Assembly (NCBI GenBank): GCA_001775955.1
Contig: MEZD01000016.1
Span: 838 to 49,041, forward strand
DNA from: Candidatus Bathyarchaeota archaeon RBG_13_38_9
GTDB taxonomy: Archaea; Thermoproteota; Bathyarchaeia; 40CM-2-53-6; RBG-13-38-9
Direction of reading: 5' to 3'
Length of the DNA: 48,204 bases
Both the position numbers and the translations under genes were made by a program. Shown here piece by piece: positions 44,155 to 48,204 of the stretch; the stretch's first letter is position 1, and every line of letters starts with the position of its first letter. The notes beneath the pieces are model-generated. The model worked only from the letters and a program-made list of their open reading frames with translations, searched no databases and was not told the DNA's origin.

Positions 44155-47088
44155 CTATCCTGAGGCTACGGGTGAAGGATCTATTTCATTCAGGTCTGCA
44201 AAGTCATTCCCATTACTATCAGTCCACCTAAACACATAGAAAGAATCCGTATAACTGCTAATATCTGGATAAATCACGAATTTGAAGAATTTTCCGCCAG
44301 CGAATGTTCCTTTCCACTCGTAACCATAAACAATGAAGATACTATTACCAGAACTGTCTTTAAAAGCCTCTACAACAAACATGTCATTACCGGTTTCTAA
44401 TTCTGAGAAAGTCATAGCCGTGTCATCAAGACGTGTTCCATTAGCTAGATGCCAGTACAATACCCCTCCAGCGTTATTGAAATATAATGGGGCAATACGG
44501 TTTTTCTCATAGTAATTAACTGGAGCATTCACGACAGGTCCACCAAAAAGTACAACAGTCTCATTACTCAATTTCAATGAGCCGTCACTTGAATCAACAA
44601 TAGAGGAATTAGTGTCTGTAACTTCATACTGTCTATTACTGCACATTCCGACAATATATCCTGCAGCAGTCCAATCACTTAACATAGCATATTTTACTCC
44701 AGGAGGCTTAACACCTTGATAGTCTGGGTAAATGAAATACACAGTGTTCTCATTCGCGTCTATGACATCTGATGCAATATCCGATATGACAAAGGTTTCC
44801 CATGGATTCATCAAAGGATAGTTATCTTTGTTGTTCCCATCAATAATGTATGGAGTATCTCCTATACCATCACTGCCAAGTAAATTCTGGTTAACTCCCT
44901 TATTTAGATCTACACCAGTGTAGTTGCTCCAATAATTTCCGCCGGAAGGATAGCTTTGATTCCAAATATTCATAGAGTCGCTGACATATGTCTGATTTGT
45001 ATTGTCTATGAAATTGTTATGATAAATTTTATTGCTATTTGATGATTCTAGGAAAATTCCTACTCCATTAGATGTCACTGTATTTTCAATTATGTTATTA
45101 TTGTCAGAATGCTGGATAAGTAGGCCTACCCATTTTTGTAATCCAATGTAATTTCTCTGTATAATATTGTTATTTGCAGTAGCAAGAGTTATGCCGTGAC
45201 CATAATCTTCAAACTGATGGCCCATAACAATAAAATTATCTGTTACAACATTTCCTGAACTTACAGCAATTGATATGCCTGCATCCGCATTATTATCAAT
45301 GGTATTATTTTTTACAAGATTGTTGCCTGCATATTCAATTCTAATACCATAGAAGCTATTGTTTGCTATTAAATTGTCTTTGATTGTAAGGTAAGTGCAA
45401 TTATCGATATAGAATCCATTCGCATTACTCCATGTTACTGAACTGTTAAAAATTTCTATCCCATTACATCTTACTATATGGAATCCGTTTCTATTATCTG
45501 TCAAATTGACTTTGTTTACAATCGAGTTGTTAGAGAATGCCAGCAATATGCCTTCATAATTATTTGTAATATTTAATCCTGTAACTGTAATATTTTTGGA
45601 ATTTACTATTCCAAGATAACCCAAATCAGGATGACTTACGCTGTTAACAGTTAGATCTGTTTGGTTGACTAGATAGTAGATGGAATTTCCGTTTATTTTG
45701 TTAGATGTATCTATGTCATGAAGAAAATCCGATAAAGACCTTCCATTGATAGAAAGATCAAACTTGCTATTATTGATATTATTATTTCTCAGAGTTAGAT
45801 TGCTTGAATAGTATAAACTAATACCTGTTCGATGATTTTTTATCGTATTATTTAGAATCATAATATTATTAGCACGATTGACTGATATACCTCCAGACAT
45901 TACAGAACTGCTTTGAATAGTAAATTGACTTATTGATGCATTATCTCCTATTGATACTACTGTACCTTCGTTTAATCCAGTAATAATTGTTGTATCTCTT
46001 TCTTCCCCAATCAATGAAATAGCTTTGTCTATCCGAATTAATTCATTATAGATTCCTGAGCGGACAAAAATCATGTCACCATCCCAAGCATAATAAATAG
46101 CTTCTTGAATTGTCGAAAAATCATCTGGAACAATGATCAGTTCATGAGCCGTTGGTTGCCAATCTGGTTCTGCATCATAAGAACCAACATTTGCCGTCAA
46201 TTGAGTAACATTTGATCCATCGGCATTCATAGAATATATTTCATAATCTCCATCAACAGTACTCACATATGAAATTCTTTTACCGTCAGGAGACCAAGCA
46301 GGCCAGTGATTACGTTTTCCATCAAACGTTATTTGTGTTTGATTTGCGCCATCAGGTTCCATGAGATATATGTCACCATTTGGGTCCCAATCTCTTACAA
46401 AAGCAATCTTAGATCCGTCTGGAGACCAATCAGGCCAAATGTCAGAGACTACATTATTAGTTAATTGAGTTATACTTATCCCATTAACATCCATAACAAA
46501 GATTTCATGATCACCATCGTAACCATAAAATACAATCTTATCGCCAAGAGGAGACCATGAAGGCTTTCCGTCAGCACTTGATGTGTTATTAGTTAATTGT
46601 TTAACTTTTGTTCCATCAGTATCCATAACATATATTTCATAATCCCCATCTCGGTTGCTGCTAAAGACGATTCTATCACCCCATGGCGACCAATCAGGTT
46701 CACGATCATTTGCAGAATTGAATGTTAATTGTGTTTTACCAGTTCCATCAGGATTCATTATCCATATTTCTTCATCCCCTTCTGGATTGCCACCATCAAT
46801 ATTTCTAGTACTTACGAAGGCTATTTTGGATCCATTTTTAGACCAAGCCGGATTAGCATCATAAACATCATCATCGGTCAGTTTAGTAATGTTTGAACCA
46901 TCAGGATTCATAGTATAGATTTCATAATCAGGTGTTGGATCACCATCTTGCCCCATGTATACAATTTTACCTTTAGCTCCAGGAAAAGCGCCTGAAACTT
47001 CCCCTATATTCAATGCTAGGATGCAAACAAAAATGATAGAAACTGATATGCCCACTTTCAAAAGGTTGCTCTTATCGGCATGGAACAA
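44155..47088 (-). CDS. Large secreted surface protein: TolB-like PD40 beta-propeller + right-handed parallel beta-helix (NosD/PbH1-like) + C-terminal domain
   Basis: Signal-like N-terminus (TTG start). At least 5 PD40 repeats (D..P.WSPDG..IAF.S..DGDYEIY). PbH1-type repeats (NNIMILNNTIKNHRTGISLYYSSN.., NNLVKNNTIDNNADAGISI.., NKIYHNNFIDN). Confidence 0.85.
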   Translation of the reverse strand: MFHADKSNLLKVGISVSIIFVCILALNIGEVSGAFPGAKGKIVYMGQDGDPTPDYEIYTMNPDGSNITKLTDDDVYDANPAWSKNGSKIAFVSTRNIDGGNPEGDEEIWIMNPDGTGKTQLTFNSANDREPDWSPWGDRIVFSSNRDGDYEIYVMDTDGTKVKQLTNNTSSADGKPSWSPLGDKIVFYGYDGDHEIFVMDVNGISITQLTNNVVSDIWPDWSPDGSKIAFVRDWDPNGDIYLMEPDGANQTQITFDGKRNHWPAWSPDGKRISYVSTVDGDYEIYSMNADGSNVTQLTANVGSYDAEPDWQPTAHELIIVPDDFSTIQEAIYYAWDGDMIFVRSGIYNELIRIDKAISLIGEERDTTIITGLNEGTVVSIGDNASISQFTIQSSSVMSGGISVNRANNIMILNNTIKNHRTGISLYYSSNLTLRNNNINNSKFDLSINGRSLSDFLHDIDTSNKINGNSIYYLVNQTDLTVNSVSHPDLGYLGIVNSKNITVTGLNITNNYEGILLAFSNNSIVNKVNLTDNRNGFHIVRCNGIEIFNSSVTWSNANGFYIDNCTYLTIKDNLIANNSFYGIRIEYAGNNLVKNNTIDNNADAGISIAVSSGNVVTDNFIVMGHQFEDYGHGITLATANNNIIQRNYIGLQKWVGLLIQHSDNNNIIENTVTSNGVGIFLESSNSNKIYHNNFIDNTNQTYVSDSMNIWNQSYPSGGNYWSNYTGVDLNKGVNQNLLGSDGIGDTPYIIDGNNKDNYPLMNPWETFVISDIASDVIDANENTVYFIYPDYQGVKPPGVKYAMLSDWTAAGYIVGMCSNRQYEVTDTNSSIVDSSDGSLKLSNETVVLFGGPVVNAPVNYYEKNRIAPLYFNNAGGVLYWHLANGTRLDDTAMTFSELETGNDMFVVEAFKDSSGNSIFIVYGYEWKGTFAGGKFFKFVIYPDISSYTDSFYVFRWTDSNGNDFADLNEIDPSPVASG

Positions 47089-47260
47089 GAATTATCTTTT
47101 AGTGTGTATATAATCCTCCTATTCAAATTTTCCATATTCATACTTTATTCTTCAACAAGTTGTTCTTTTGATTTGAATTGTTGTTTAACAAGTTTCTACA
47201 AATAGGGGGTACGGATTCGATTTATTGGAGTGTATTTAAAGGACTTTTAGATCACAGGTA

Positions 47261-47581
47261 CTAGTTTTTAGATTCATCGAGATAGGTGATTCCTCGAGGG
47301 GAAGAGTCGTAATCTGTATTGCACCATTGACGCAGCTCCATCAACGTCTTAATTAATCCATTCAAAGCACCCAACGCCCTAGCATCCAACGGATTCGTTT
47401 TCCAGAAACATTCAATCACATAACAGAGGAAATTGTCGAATCCTTTAGCAGACCTCAAATCAGCATTCTTCATCCAGGGTAACGGTTGACGTTGAGGACT
47501 CCCAGTACCAGACCTAGAACCTCCATGATTATTTTTACACTTGATATTCTGTGGTGCAGAAGATTTTATTCTAGAATTCAA
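47261..47581 (-). CDS. Hypothetical protein (106 aa)
   Basis: The TTG start lies 3 nt after the upstream stop (an internal ATG gives MKNADLRS...). Basic, Gly/Ser-rich N-terminus. No motif recognised. Confidence 0.45.
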   Translation of the reverse strand: MNSRIKSSAPQNIKCKNNHGGSRSGTGSPQRQPLPWMKNADLRSAKGFDNFLCYVIECFWKTNPLDARALGALNGLIKTLMELRQWCNTDYDSSPRGITYLDESKN

Positions 47582-47584
47582 TAT

Positions 47585-48204
<620 letters not shown>

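Overview
AT-rich archaeal chromosomal segment. I saw no rRNA gene and no CRISPR array. All family calls are by-eye motif recognition on the supplied translations and on my own translations of gaps; nothing was searched. Archaeal hallmarks: class-III (prepilin-type) signal peptides, FlaI/FlaJ-type pilus machinery, archaeal uS12, Dpo4/DinB polymerase, AglH-type GlcNAc-1-P transferase, a TrmB regulator, DUF123 and DUF354. All three tRNA genes carry extra inserts (introns), two of them at two positions. That pattern is typical of TACK-group archaea; a thaumarchaeal (Nitrososphaerota-like) origin is my guess, not a demonstrated fact. Layout: (1) 1-13.2 kb is a cell-surface block. It holds a window-truncated secreted glycoprotein, an unlisted 52-aa RHH protein and a divergently placed major-pilin-like gene. 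A tight 7-gene operon follows: 2 pilin-like proteins, a FlaI/PilB-type ATPase, a FlaJ/TadBC-type platform split into two ORFs, a HerA/FtsK-class ATPase, and a signal-peptide plus C-terminal-anchor beta-helix protein. After it come a GT-C glycosyltransferase and a membrane-tethered wHTH/multi-zinc-ribbon protein. (2) 13.4-40.5 kb is mostly housekeeping: uS12, tRNA-Ser, P-type ATPase, carAB, sua5, purC, dinB, pgk, an unlisted 50-aa YHS-domain protein, M50-CBS protease, tRNA-Gln, Trm112, tRNA-Leu, thioredoxin, TrmB, and two glycan-precursor/N-glycosylation clusters. (3) 40.5-48.2 kb is an accessory block. It holds a tyrosine integrase with an atypical G+T-rich coding strand, a lipocalin-like protein, a 3' remnant of a 3-hydroxyacyl-CoA dehydrogenase gene and a membrane protein + NYN RNase pair. 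It also holds a tRNA-sized GC-rich cloverleaf-like element, a 977-aa PD40-propeller/beta-helix surface protein, and two unknown genes running into an (ACT)12 poly-Thr microsatellite at the window edge. The best candidate for an undescribed system is the pilus operon with an embedded HerA-class translocase, possibly a pilus-coupled DNA or substrate transfer machine. The second candidate is the integrase-associated island.
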